This document shows, piece after piece, positions 27,132-36,552 of a DNA stretch of 47,965 nucleotides. The DNA lies in assembly GCA_964510165.1 (NCBI GenBank), contig CAZEBC010000008.1, positions 1 through 47,965 of the forward strand, read 5' to 3'. A program made the position numbers and the translations under genes. Origin of the DNA: an uncultured bacterium (GTDB taxonomy: Bacteria; Abyssobacteria; SURF-5). Position 1 is the stretch's first letter, and each line of letters opens with the position of its first letter. The notes under the pieces were generated by a model. That model was given only the letters and a program-made list of their open reading frames with translations. It searched no databases and was not told the DNA's origin.

Positions 27132-27449
27132 ATGGATTCGATCGTACTCGCTGGTAAGACCTTTGAAATTGACGAGGACGGATTCCTCCAGAATCCCGAC
27201 CTCTGGGACGACGAGGTTGCGGCGGCGTTCGCGCCGACAGAGGGCATCACTCAGATGACCGACGAGCACTGGAAAGTGGTGCACTACATCCGCGATTACT
27301 ACTTGAAGTATGGCGTCGCGCCGATGATCCGCAAGCTCTGCAAAGAGACCGGGTGCAATCTCAAGAAGATCTATGAACTGTTCCCATCGGGTCCGGCCAA
27401 GGGCGCCTGCAAGATAGCGGGTCTTCCCAAGCCGACCGGTTGCGTGTAG
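27132..27449 (+). CDS. dsrC: DsrC sulfur-carrier protein
   Basis: DEDGFL, HWKVV, LFPSGPAKGACKIAGLPKPTGCV with both C-terminal Cys (CX10C). Confidence 0.97.
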   Translation: MDSIVLAGKTFEIDEDGFLQNPDLWDDEVAAAFAPTEGITQMTDEHWKVVHYIRDYYLKYGVAPMIRKLCKETGCNLKKIYELFPSGPAKGACKIAGLPKPTGCV

Positions 27450-27637
27450 TTCGACAGAGCAAGTGAGAGCAGGCGCTGCGGGATTGTCAGGCGCTGGATG
27501 ACCCGGACAAGACCAGAGGCGCCGTGCAAAGAAGTCGGTGTGTCTTCCGGAACAGGGAGACACAACGACCCTGGTTTCGAAAACCGTTGTGCCTGCGCCG
27601 CCGGAGATGTGGCTGATTCATCCGTGCGAGGTGTTGT

Positions 27638-28195
27638 ATGAGCCTGACGGACATTCTGAAAGATAAACGACAAACAATACTGAAGAGGTGGCTCAATCTG
27701 GTTCTGGAAACCTATCCGCCTGATACGGCGAGATTTCTCAGGAGGGAGAGGGACCAATTTGCCAACCCAGTTGGCGCCGCCACTTCACGCGCATTGGATG
27801 GGTTGTATGACGCGGTGGTCCGAGGCGAAACCGCTGAGGAGGCAGCTACGTCTCTTGATCAGATCATTCGGATACGGGCGGTACAGGAGTTTCCTCCATC
27901 GGTCGCCACCGTCTTCATATTCCAACTGAAGACTGCTATCCGGGAGGCATTGTCCGACGAGATTCGAGAGAGCCGTGTGCCTGCCAAAGACCTGTCAGAG
28001 CTTGAGAGCAAGATAGATGACCTCGCGCTTTTTTCGTTCGACATATATATGAGGTGTCGAGAGAAGATATGCGAACTCCGGGCGAATGAGGTCAAGAAGA
28101 TGGCGTTCAGTTTGCTGGAGAGGAGCAATTTGATCGGTCGACTTCCCGATTCGACTGAGGAAGATGACGGCACGAAGAAGAGAGGTAATGGCTGA
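27638..28195 (+). CDS. dsrT: DsrT (RsbRD N-terminal-like protein)
   Basis: DQFANPVG, IIRIRAVQEF, FDIYMRCREKI; immediately upstream of dsrM. Confidence 0.9.
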   Translation: MSLTDILKDKRQTILKRWLNLVLETYPPDTARFLRRERDQFANPVGAATSRALDGLYDAVVRGETAEEAATSLDQIIRIRAVQEFPPSVATVFIFQLKTAIREALSDEIRESRVPAKDLSELESKIDDLALFSFDIYMRCREKICELRANEVKKMAFSLLERSNLIGRLPDSTEEDDGTKKRGNG

Positions 28196-29187
28196 TGGGA
28201 GCCTTAATTTCCTTGTTGGCGGTTGTGGCGCTTGTAGTAATCGCCCTCCTAGGGGCCGGACTCGCGAACATGGGCGCGTTGTTCGGAATCGTCATTCCAT
28301 ATGCCGCGCTCGCCGTTTTCATCGTCGGGGTTTCCCACAAGGTCCTGACGTGGGCGCGCTCGCCCGTTCCATTCCGAATTACGGTGTCCTGCGGACAGCA
28401 GAAATCGCATCCCTGGATCAAATCGAGCTATCTGGACAACCCGCACAACACGCTCGGGGTAATCGGCAGGATGGCGCTCGAGGTGTTGCTCTTCAGGTCG
28501 TTGTTCAGGAATACCAAGGTGGAACTGAGAGATGGGCCAAGGCTTGCGTATGAATGGGAGAAATGGCTCTGGCTCGCGGGGTTGGCCTTTCACTGGTCAT
28601 TCCTCGTCATTCTCATTCGACATCTGCGGTTCTTCCTCGAACCGGTGCCATTCGCGATAACGGCGCTTGAGGGGTTGGACGGATTCTTCCAGATCGGTCT
28701 GCCCGCCCTGTATCTGACTGACGCCGTGCTTCTGGCTGCGGTGAGCTATCTCTTCATAAGGAGAGTGGCTATCCCGCAAATTCGCTATATCTCGCTTCCG
28801 GCCGACTATTTTCCGCTGTTCTTGATCTTTGGTCTTGCTCTTTCGGGAGTGCTCATGCGGTATTTCATCCGGGTGGACGTCGAGAAAGTGAAGGAACTCA
28901 CCATGGGACTGGCCACGTTCAGACCCGAAGTTCCCGCCGGTATCGGGCCTTTGTTCTACGTTCACCTGTTCCTGGTCAGCGTCTTGTTCGCGTATTTCCC
29001 GTTCAGCAAGCTGATGCATCTGGGCGGAGTCTTCCTCAGTCCTACGAGGAACATGCCGAACAATAACCGAATGCGAAGGCACATCAATCCCTGGGATTAT
29101 CCGGTCAAGGTGCATACGTATGAAGAGTATGAGGAAGAATTCAGGGATAAGATGAAAGCAGCCGGGCTGCCTTTGGAAAAGGAGTAA
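28195..29187 (+). CDS. dsrM: DsrM membrane cytochrome b
   Basis: WARSPVPFRI..CGQQKS, FRSLFRNT, FHWS..IRH and VH..PFSKLMH (four heme His), SPTRN. Confidence 0.96.
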   Translation: MGALISLLAVVALVVIALLGAGLANMGALFGIVIPYAALAVFIVGVSHKVLTWARSPVPFRITVSCGQQKSHPWIKSSYLDNPHNTLGVIGRMALEVLLFRSLFRNTKVELRDGPRLAYEWEKWLWLAGLAFHWSFLVILIRHLRFFLEPVPFAITALEGLDGFFQIGLPALYLTDAVLLAAVSYLFIRRVAIPQIRYISLPADYFPLFLIFGLALSGVLMRYFIRVDVEKVKELTMGLATFRPEVPAGIGPLFYVHLFLVSVLFAYFPFSKLMHLGGVFLSPTRNMPNNNRMRRHINPWDYPVKVHTYEEYEEEFRDKMKAAGLPLEKE

Positions 29188-29189
29188 CA

Positions 29190-30815
29190 ATGTCGGAATT
29201 CGATCACGTTCCGAAACCGGAAACACTGGCGAAGGTTGACTTCAAGCCCTCGCGCAACAGGTGGATGGAAACACCCGTTGATTTCAAGAAGGGCACATTC
29301 TGCTACAGTGCGAAGTCCAAGTTCATGGAGTACCTCAACCTTCCTAACCCCAGGGAGTGGTCTCCAAGCGATCCGGACTGGAAACTGCCCCCGAATTGGA
29401 AGGAAATCATCCTCGAGGGTTTCAAAGACAGGCTTTCGAGGTTCCGTTCCTTGCGAGTATTCATGGATATTTGCGTCAGGTGCGGGGCTTGCGCTGATAA
29501 GTGTCACTTCTTTATAGGCTCAGGCGATCCCAAGAACATGCCCGTGTTAAGGGCTGAACTGCTGAGATCGGTGTACCGCAACGATTTCACGACCGCGGGC
29601 AAGATACTCGGGAAAGTCGCTGGCGCTCGCGAACTCACACTTGATGTGTTGAAGGAATGGTACTACTATTTCTACCAGTGCACCGAATGCAGGCGCTGCT
29701 CGGTGTTTTGTCCCTATGGCGTTGACACCGCCGAGATCACCATGCTGGCCCGGGAACTGCTCAACTTGGTTGGTCTAAACATCGGTTGGACCGTTGAACC
29801 ATGCGCGAACTGCTTCAGGACCGGTAACCATCTCGGCATACAGCCCCATGGTTTTGTGGACAGCATCCAATTCGCCGCCGATGAACTCGAGGAAATCACC
29901 GGCATCAAGATTGATGTGCCGATAAACAAAAAGGGCGCCGAAATCCTCTTCATTACTCCGTCCGCCGATTATTTCGCGTCGCCCCATTACTATACTCTCC
30001 TCGGATATCTTGCGCTGTTCCACGAGATCGGGCTTGATTACACGTGGAGCACGTTTGCCTCGGAAGGCGGTAATTTTGGGCTTTTCACGTCACATGAGAT
30101 GATCAAGCGACTGAACGCAAAGATGTATGCCGAGGCCAAACGGCTTGGCGTCAGGTGGATTCTTGGCGGCGAGTGCGGTCACATGTGGCGTGTAGTTCAT
30201 CAGTATATGGATACGATGAACGGACCCGCCTATTTCCTTGAGGAGCCGGTCTCGCCTATAACCGGGACCAGATTCGAGAACGCAAAATCCACGAAAATGG
30301 TTCACATAACCGAGTTCACGGCCGACCTCATCAGGCATAACAAGTTGAAGCTTGATCCAAGCCGGAATGACCATTGGCGGGCCACGTTCCACGATTCCTG
30401 CAATCCCGCAAGGGCGTTGGGGCTCTTCGAGGAACCTCGCTACATCATCAGGCATACGTGCAAGAACTTCTTCGAGATGCCGGACAATACCATCAGGGAA
30501 CAGACGTTCTGCTGTGGAAGCGGCGCGGGCCTCGGCAACGACGAGAACCTCGAGATGAGGTTGCGTGGGGGCCTACCAAGGGCCAACGCCGTCAACTATG
30601 TGAAAGAAAAGCATGGAGTAAACATACTCCTTTGCATGTGCGCCATTGACAAAGCCACGCTGCCGACTCTTATGGAATACTGGGTTCCAGGGATGGAGGT
30701 CGGCGGCGTGCATGAACTTGTCGCCAATGCCCTGATAATGACAGGCGAAAGAGAGCGAACAACTGACGTGAGAGGTACGCCCTTCAAGCCGGAGGAGGAT
30801 GACCAGGATGTATGA
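29190..30815 (+). CDS. dsrK: DsrK Fe-S/CCG subunit
   Basis: CVRCGACADKCH, KNMPVLRAELLR, CTECRRCSVFCP, GGECGHMWR, HDSCNPAR, FCCGSGAG, CAIDK. Confidence 0.97.
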   Translation: MSEFDHVPKPETLAKVDFKPSRNRWMETPVDFKKGTFCYSAKSKFMEYLNLPNPREWSPSDPDWKLPPNWKEIILEGFKDRLSRFRSLRVFMDICVRCGACADKCHFFIGSGDPKNMPVLRAELLRSVYRNDFTTAGKILGKVAGARELTLDVLKEWYYYFYQCTECRRCSVFCPYGVDTAEITMLARELLNLVGLNIGWTVEPCANCFRTGNHLGIQPHGFVDSIQFAADELEEITGIKIDVPINKKGAEILFITPSADYFASPHYYTLLGYLALFHEIGLDYTWSTFASEGGNFGLFTSHEMIKRLNAKMYAEAKRLGVRWILGGECGHMWRVVHQYMDTMNGPAYFLEEPVSPITGTRFENAKSTKMVHITEFTADLIRHNKLKLDPSRNDHWRATFHDSCNPARALGLFEEPRYIIRHTCKNFFEMPDNTIREQTFCCGSGAGLGNDENLEMRLRGGLPRANAVNYVKEKHGVNILLCMCAIDKATLPTLMEYWVPGMEVGGVHELVANALIMTGERERTTDVRGTPFKPEEDDQDV

Positions 30816-31191
30816 CGGCGGGAAAATCATCACAGGGCTTGTAATCTTCATCGGGTTGGTGACCCTTCCGCTCTGGTTTAACCAGGCGAGAGGAGAGGCC
30901 ATTGGAAAGCCCCAGCCCAAGATAGTGACGGAGACGGAATACTGCGTCGCCCCCGTGGACTACATGAGGACAACGCACCCTCAATTGTTGAACGAGTGGA
31001 GAGACCTGTCCGTTCGGGAAGGTAAAAAGCTGTACATTGCATATAACGGGGTAAGTCACCAGATGAGTCTTTCCAAGACATGCCTGGAATGCCACCCGAA
31101 CAAAGTGGAATTCTGCGACCAGTGCCACAACTACGTGGGCGTGACCCCGTATTGTTGGGATTGCCACATCGAGCCGAAGGAGAATGATTGA
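30808..31191 (+). CDS. dsrJ: DsrJ triheme cytochrome c
   Basis: N-terminal TM, MRTTHPQLL, three CxxCH (CLECH, CDQCH, CWDCH); ATG 30808 fits the GGAGGAGG RBS. Confidence 0.95.
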   Translation: MYDGGKIITGLVIFIGLVTLPLWFNQARGEAIGKPQPKIVTETEYCVAPVDYMRTTHPQLLNEWRDLSVREGKKLYIAYNGVSHQMSLSKTCLECHPNKVEFCDQCHNYVGVTPYCWDCHIEPKEND

Positions 31192-31958
31192 TGGAAAGCA
31201 GCAGAAGAAATTTCCTCAAGATATCCGGCGCGTGCCTCCTTGGATTGGGCATCAAGCCGGTGGTTGAGGCGCTCGCTGCTGGCGAACGGCCTCAGGTGTA
31301 CACGAATCCCGAAGCCTTGCGCGGGATTAGATGGGCGATGGTGATCGACATCAACAAGTGCCGGGATGACTGCGCGGATTGCATGAACGCCTGCCACCGC
31401 GTCCACAACGTTCCCGATATCGGGTCAGCCAAAGAAGAAATAAAGTGGATCTGGACGGAAACCTATGGACATGCGTTTCCCGGAAACGAGCATGAGTACC
31501 TTGAGGAGCGACTGCATCACAAGCCCTTCGTCGTGCTCTGCAACCACTGCGACAATCCGCCCTGCGTAAGGATGTGCCCGGTAAAGGCCACCTGGAGGAG
31601 GGAAGACGGCATTGTCATGATGGACTTCCACAGATGCATCGGTTGCAGGTGCTGCATGGCGGCATGTCCATTCGGGTCGCGCAGCTTTAACTGGAGCGAT
31701 CCCAGGAAACACCTCAAAGACCAGAATCCCGAATTCCCGACCAGGACCAAGGGCGTCGTCGAAAAATGCAATTTTTGCGAAGAAAGGCTGGCCGAAGGGC
31801 TGCTTCCGGCGTGCGTCGAGGCTTGCAAGGACAAGGCTTTGGTCTTCGGCGACCTTGAGGACCCCGACTCCGAAGTCAGGGAATTGCTCCGTTCACGCTT
31901 CACCATCAGACGCAAACCCGAACTCGGCACCAGGCCGCAGGTCTATTACATCGTGTGA
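31191..31958 (+). CDS. dsrO: DsrO periplasmic Fe-S protein
   Basis: Tat signal SRRNFLK, RWAMVID, CNHCDNPPCVRMCP, CIGCRCCMAACP, EKCNFC. Confidence 0.95.
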   Translation: MESSRRNFLKISGACLLGLGIKPVVEALAAGERPQVYTNPEALRGIRWAMVIDINKCRDDCADCMNACHRVHNVPDIGSAKEEIKWIWTETYGHAFPGNEHEYLEERLHHKPFVVLCNHCDNPPCVRMCPVKATWRREDGIVMMDFHRCIGCRCCMAACPFGSRSFNWSDPRKHLKDQNPEFPTRTKGVVEKCNFCEERLAEGLLPACVEACKDKALVFGDLEDPDSEVRELLRSRFTIRRKPELGTRPQVYYIV

Positions 31959-31967
31959 GGGAAAACA

Positions 31968-33125
31968 ATGTTAGAGAAGGCATTGACCGGAAGCAAGAGA
32001 TATTGGGCGTGGATAACGCTGTTGCTTGTGCTGATCGGAGTCGGCTTCGGCTGCTACCTATGGCAGTTTAACGAGGGACTCCGGATAACCGGCATGGGAA
32101 GAGACATCTCGTGGGGGCTGTACATCGGACAATTAACGTTTCTCGTTGGCGTAGCGGCCTCCGCTGTCATGGTCGTGTTGCCGTATTACCTGCACAATTA
32201 CAAGGCCTTCGGCAAGATCACGGTACTCGGAGAGTTCCTGGCCGTATCGGCTGTAAGCATGTGTGGCCTGTTCGTGCTTGTGGACTTAGGTAATCCGGCG
32301 CGCGCATTCAACCTCATTCTGCATCCCACGCCAAACTCGATACTGTTCTGGGATATGGTCGTGTTGAACGTGTATCTTTTGCTCAATCTCGTGATAGCGT
32401 GGAACGTTCTGTCGGCCGAGCGCAAATCGGTACCCCCGCCACATTGGGTGAAACCGCTGATTTACTTGTCGATTCCATGGGCAGTCAGTATTCACACGGT
32501 TACGGCGTTTCTGTACGCCGGCCTTCCCGGCAGGCATTTGTGGCTCACAGCCATCCTTGCCGTACGATTCCTGGGATCGGCCTTTGCGGCTGGTCCGGCG
32601 CTGTTGATTCTCTTATGCCTCTTCGTGCGCAGGATAAGCAAGTTCGACCCGGGCCGCGATGCCATCCAGAGTCTGGCCAAGATCGTCACCTATGCGCTTA
32701 TCGCCAGCATTTTCTTCGTGGGACTGGAGTTTTTCACCGCCTATTACAGCCAGATACCCTCGCACATGGACAGCCTCAATTACCTGTATTTCGGACTGGA
32801 AGGGCACGGCAATCTGGTGCCGTGGATGCGAATCTCGGCGATACTTGCGGTCGTTGCCGCCATACTGCTCGTGAACCCCCGCGCCCGCAAGAATGAAGCA
32901 ATCCTTGCGCTTGCCTGCGGGGCGACCTTCATATCGCTGTGGATCGAGAAGGGTGTCGGATTGGTGCTGGGCGGGTTTATCCCGTCGCCGCTGGAAAAGA
33001 TAGTTGAATACACGCCGACAGTTCCCGAGTTGCTGATAACCCTCGGCATATGGGCCATCGGCTTCCTCATTCTCACCGTTCTTTATAAGATAGCCGTCTC
33101 GGTGAAGGAGGAACTGGCGGCCTGA
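31968..33125 (+). CDS. dsrP: DsrP (NrfD/PsrC-family membrane protein)
   Basis: [40 protein letters not shown]; many TM segments. Confidence 0.95.
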   Translation: MLEKALTGSKRYWAWITLLLVLIGVGFGCYLWQFNEGLRITGMGRDISWGLYIGQLTFLVGVAASAVMVVLPYYLHNYKAFGKITVLGEFLAVSAVSMCGLFVLVDLGNPARAFNLILHPTPNSILFWDMVVLNVYLLLNLVIAWNVLSAERKSVPPPHWVKPLIYLSIPWAVSIHTVTAFLYAGLPGRHLWLTAILAVRFLGSAFAAGPALLILLCLFVRRISKFDPGRDAIQSLAKIVTYALIASIFFVGLEFFTAYYSQIPSHMDSLNYLYFGLEGHGNLVPWMRISAILAVVAAILLVNPRARKNEAILALACGATFISLWIEKGVGLVLGGFIPSPLEKIVEYTPTVPELLITLGIWAIGFLILTVLYKIAVSVKEELAA

Positions 33126-33149
33126 GTTTGCGCAAAATATCGAGTAATG

Positions 33150-33181
33150 GCAGGGGCACGGTGGGCCGTGCCCCTTTTTTT
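33150..33181 (+). terminator. intrinsic terminator after dsrP (REP-like stem)
   Basis: AGGGGCACGG-TGGG-CCGTGCCCCT followed by a T run to 33181. Confidence 0.88.
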
Positions 33182-33206
33182 GATCTCGTCTGTATGTGTA
33201 AGTTTG

Positions 33207-33230
33207 TGCTATAATCCAGACAAGAAGGAG
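33207..33230 (+). promoter_or_regulatory. extended -10 promoter and RBS for the kinase operon
   Basis: TG-C-TATAAT (33207-33215); AAGGAG (33225-33230) before TTG 33239. Confidence 0.65.
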
Positions 33231-33238
33231 TATCTCAC

Positions 33239-34219
33239 TTGGTCGCAAGAATGGAGTCGCGAGGGGAGAACTGGCTCGGAGAACGCGTGGCGGAAATTCT
33301 CGATACGCCGCGTGGCCAGAAGTTTGACATAGTCACGGATACTACCGAGTTTATGGGCATTCGCCGGGGTCACGTGCTTCGGTTGGGTGGACGCCACTTC
33401 CTGGTCACAGGCAACGTGTATGAGCCAAGATTCGGCCTGAGCGATGAGCCCAAGTATTGGGTGAAGAAGGCTGTGGAGCTGGAAACAGGCGCCCGGCTTA
33501 TCGTAAAGCTCGCTCATTACGAAGAGTTCATCATACGCATCGGCAGGCTTCGGATACGGTGCTATAGAGACCCGCACAAGGAGAGCCGGGTGCTTGAGCT
33601 CGTTCGCGGCAGCCCTCATTTCATGCAGGGTGAATGTCTTTTCGATGAACGCGGAAACGAGGTCAGGATCGTTGAGTTCATCCCCGGCAAGAGCATCTTC
33701 GAGTTGCTTCTCGAACTCCGTATGTCGCATGAGGAGTATTTTCATTCATTATTTCCCGGCATTTTGAAGAGACTCAGGGGTTGCTTCCATGCTGTCCAAT
33801 TTCTACACGACCACGGGCTGTGCCACGGCGACATCCGCAATGACCACATTTTGGTAGAGAAGGAGACCGGTGACTATCGCTGGATCGACTTCGATTTGAC
33901 GCAGGACTTCTCGGACCTCGACATATGGAGTCTCGGTAATGTGCTCCAATTCTGCGTCGGGATGGGCATGAGAACCTTTCGCGAGGTGCTTCAGTCGGAG
34001 GAATTTCCGGACCGCGTTAAACACGCCCTAAGGCCCGATGATGCTTCAGCCTTCTTCGAGCATCGCATCATGAATCTCCAGAAGATATTTCCGTATATTC
34101 CCGATTGTCTGAATGATATCCTCCTCCATTTCGCCGTCAACACCACGCGATTCTATGTTTCGGTCAATGAGATAGTGTCCGATATTGATGCGGTGCTGGA
34201 AGAAGTGGCAACAGGCTAA
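33239..34219 (+). CDS. protein kinase-like (Ser/Thr kinase fold), atypical motifs
   Basis: IVKL (beta3 Lys), KESRVLE (alphaC Glu), HGDIRNDH catalytic loop, WIDFD, DIWSLGNVL. Confidence 0.8.
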   Translation: MVARMESRGENWLGERVAEILDTPRGQKFDIVTDTTEFMGIRRGHVLRLGGRHFLVTGNVYEPRFGLSDEPKYWVKKAVELETGARLIVKLAHYEEFIIRIGRLRIRCYRDPHKESRVLELVRGSPHFMQGECLFDERGNEVRIVEFIPGKSIFELLLELRMSHEEYFHSLFPGILKRLRGCFHAVQFLHDHGLCHGDIRNDHILVEKETGDYRWIDFDLTQDFSDLDIWSLGNVLQFCVGMGMRTFREVLQSEEFPDRVKHALRPDDASAFFEHRIMNLQKIFPYIPDCLNDILLHFAVNTTRFYVSVNEIVSDIDAVLEEVATG

Positions 34220-35748
34220 TGCAAGTACGTCAGCTAAAACTGTTTCGAGCGAAGAAACGAATTGGGATAGGCGTTCGCCTGGCCGTCATGATAGCCGTCC
34301 TGCTCGTACTGACCACCGGTTCGTTCGCTGTTTTCAGCCTGATGAGCCAACGCCGAGAGGCGCTCGACGTCTTTGTGGATAGCTCCATCAACATGTGCAA
34401 GTCACTCGAACGCACGCTGCGCTTCAGCATGCTGGAAAATCGGCGTGACGAGATTGACTCGGCTATCAAACAAATCGTGGAAGAAGATGTCATTGACTCG
34501 GTCACGCTTGTCAGTCATAAGGGTGAACCTGTTTACGTGAGTAATCCGGATTCTGCAATGCCCGTCTTCCTAGACGATGTGCGCTGTGCAGGCTGCCACC
34601 GGCCAGGCGGGGCGACTCTGACGTACCTGCCCGGGATTGCGGGATATCAGCTTGTGGAAGAAACGAACACGGCCAGAGTTTGGCTTCCTGTCTATAATGA
34701 GCCGAAATGTTCGACCGCCGGATGTCACGCTCACTCTCCGGAAGAGACCGTGCTCGGCATCATGCAGATGGATGTCTCTTATAAGGAAATTAGCGAGATG
34801 TTGCGTCGCTCACACACTCGACTGCTCGCGCTGTCGCTAATCATGGCCTTTTCCACTTCACTAATAGTGTTGGCCCTTATTCGCCAGTGGGTGACAAAAC
34901 CTGTAAGGGAACTCCTGGGCGGCACGCGTCGCGTTGCCGACGGCGAGTTGGGACATGTGATACCTGAGGGTGAGGCCGAACTGGGCGCGTTAGCGCGAGC
35001 CTTCAACAAGATGCAACAGAATATTCTCACCAGTCAGCGCCAGTTGATAATGATCGAAAAGTTGGCGTCCATCGGAAAGCTATCTGCTTCGGTTGCCCAT
35101 GAAATCAATAATCCGCTGACCGGAATCCTCACGTTCGCCGAGGACCTTGTAGAAAGCTCCGACCCCAATGACCCCCGTCTGGCCGATTACAAGATAATCC
35201 TGCGTGAGGCGATCCGCTGTCGTCAGATCGTAAGGCAGTTGCTCGACTTCTCGCGACAGGAGACTCCTGACCTCCGTCCCGTCAACATGAATGAGGTGCT
35301 TTCGCACACGCTCAAGTTTGTCTCCAAACAGGCTGTGTTTCGAAACATTAGTATCCACACTGATTTGAGCGAGAACCTGCCTCCCGTGAAGGCGGACCCG
35401 TTGCAGCTTGAACAAGTCATCCTTGACATACTCGTGAACGCATCGGAGGCAATGCCGGACGGTGGGCAGATATTCATCGCCTCGAGCACGAATTCGAAAA
35501 CCCGAGAAATCGAGGTCTCAATCCGAGATACGGGCCCGGGCATTCCCGCGGAATACATTCAGAAGATATTTGAACCGTTTTTTTCCACGAAGGGCGGCAA
35601 GTCAATGGGTATCGGATTGGCCGTCAGTTGGAACATCGTTAGCCAGCATGGCGGCCGGCTTGAGGCCGAATCGAAGCCGGGAGAGGGCGCGACATTTCGT
35701 ATAGTGATGCCCTGGGCTGAGGAGACTCGTGCCAGCATTCGATCCTGA
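34219..35748 (+). CDS. membrane sensor histidine kinase with extracytoplasmic c-type heme motifs and HAMP domain
   Basis: Two TMs; CAGCH and CSTAGCH between them; HAMP; VAHEINNPL, NASEAM, DTGPGI, PFFSTK, GIGLA; ATG overlaps the kinase stop. Confidence 0.92.
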   Translation: MQVRQLKLFRAKKRIGIGVRLAVMIAVLLVLTTGSFAVFSLMSQRREALDVFVDSSINMCKSLERTLRFSMLENRRDEIDSAIKQIVEEDVIDSVTLVSHKGEPVYVSNPDSAMPVFLDDVRCAGCHRPGGATLTYLPGIAGYQLVEETNTARVWLPVYNEPKCSTAGCHAHSPEETVLGIMQMDVSYKEISEMLRRSHTRLLALSLIMAFSTSLIVLALIRQWVTKPVRELLGGTRRVADGELGHVIPEGEAELGALARAFNKMQQNILTSQRQLIMIEKLASIGKLSASVAHEINNPLTGILTFAEDLVESSDPNDPRLADYKIILREAIRCRQIVRQLLDFSRQETPDLRPVNMNEVLSHTLKFVSKQAVFRNISIHTDLSENLPPVKADPLQLEQVILDILVNASEAMPDGGQIFIASSTNSKTREIEVSIRDTGPGIPAEYIQKIFEPFFSTKGGKSMGIGLAVSWNIVSQHGGRLEAESKPGEGATFRIVMPWAEETRASIRS

Positions 35749-35762
35749 GCGGAGGATGTGAC

Positions 35763-36548
35763 ATGGCGGAAAGGATACATGTGCTTGTGGTGGATGACGA
35801 GGAGGTCGTGCTGCAGAGCGTTCTCAAAGTTCTAAAACCCGATGACGAACATGAGTTCCTCGTCGATACGGCTACCTCCGCCGCCGCCGGACTCCGTTTG
35901 ATGGGGCAGAGGAAATTCGATATCGTCGTCACCGACTTGATGATGCCGGGTATGGATGGACTGCAATTCATCGACCGTATCCGCCAGATTGATCGCGATA
36001 GCCGAATTGTCATGATCACGGGCTATGCTACTATGCGCACGGCTCTCCAAGCCTTGAGGAAGGGCGCGTTCGATTACATCGCCAAGCCGTTCACGAAAGA
36101 AGAACTCAGAAGCGTTGTAAAAAACGCCGCGCGGGCGACGCCTGCGATTGCGGAGTCTGGGGCGGGCGTCAACGCCGGTCCTCCGACTTCCGACGAACAT
36201 CGGAGTTTCTTCCACCAGACCTACGCCCGCATATGCCCGGACGGCACAATGTTTTTCGGGGTCGAGCCGGCCTTCTTCAATACGATTGGCGAGCCGCTCA
36301 GCATTGAGGTCTCCAAGCCCGGGGAGACACTGTCGCAAGGATTCCCCTTCGCCTCTATCACAAATTCCGCCATGCGAGTTTTCAATCTCCGCTCTCCCTT
36401 CAGCGGACGGGTTCTCGCTGTGAACAGAGACGCAGTCGAAAACATGAGCCTGATTCGGAAGGACCCCTATGGCGCGGGATGGCTTGTCCAGGTTGCGCCC
36501 ACTGACTTCGAGAACGAAGCGGAAAACCTCGGGACGCAAGCGAGGTGA
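35763..36548 (+). CDS. response regulator receiver fused to a glycine-cleavage-H-like domain
   Basis: VVDDEE, TDLMMPGMDG, ITG, KPF; C-terminal PGE..QG.PF..., SPFSGRVLAVN, DPYGAGWL typical of GcvH. Confidence 0.88.
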   Translation: MAERIHVLVVDDEEVVLQSVLKVLKPDDEHEFLVDTATSAAAGLRLMGQRKFDIVVTDLMMPGMDGLQFIDRIRQIDRDSRIVMITGYATMRTALQALRKGAFDYIAKPFTKEELRSVVKNAARATPAIAESGAGVNAGPPTSDEHRSFFHQTYARICPDGTMFFGVEPAFFNTIGEPLSIEVSKPGETLSQGFPFASITNSAMRVFNLRSPFSGRVLAVNRDAVENMSLIRKDPYGAGWLVQVAPTDFENEAENLGTQAR

Positions 36549-36552
36549 TCTC

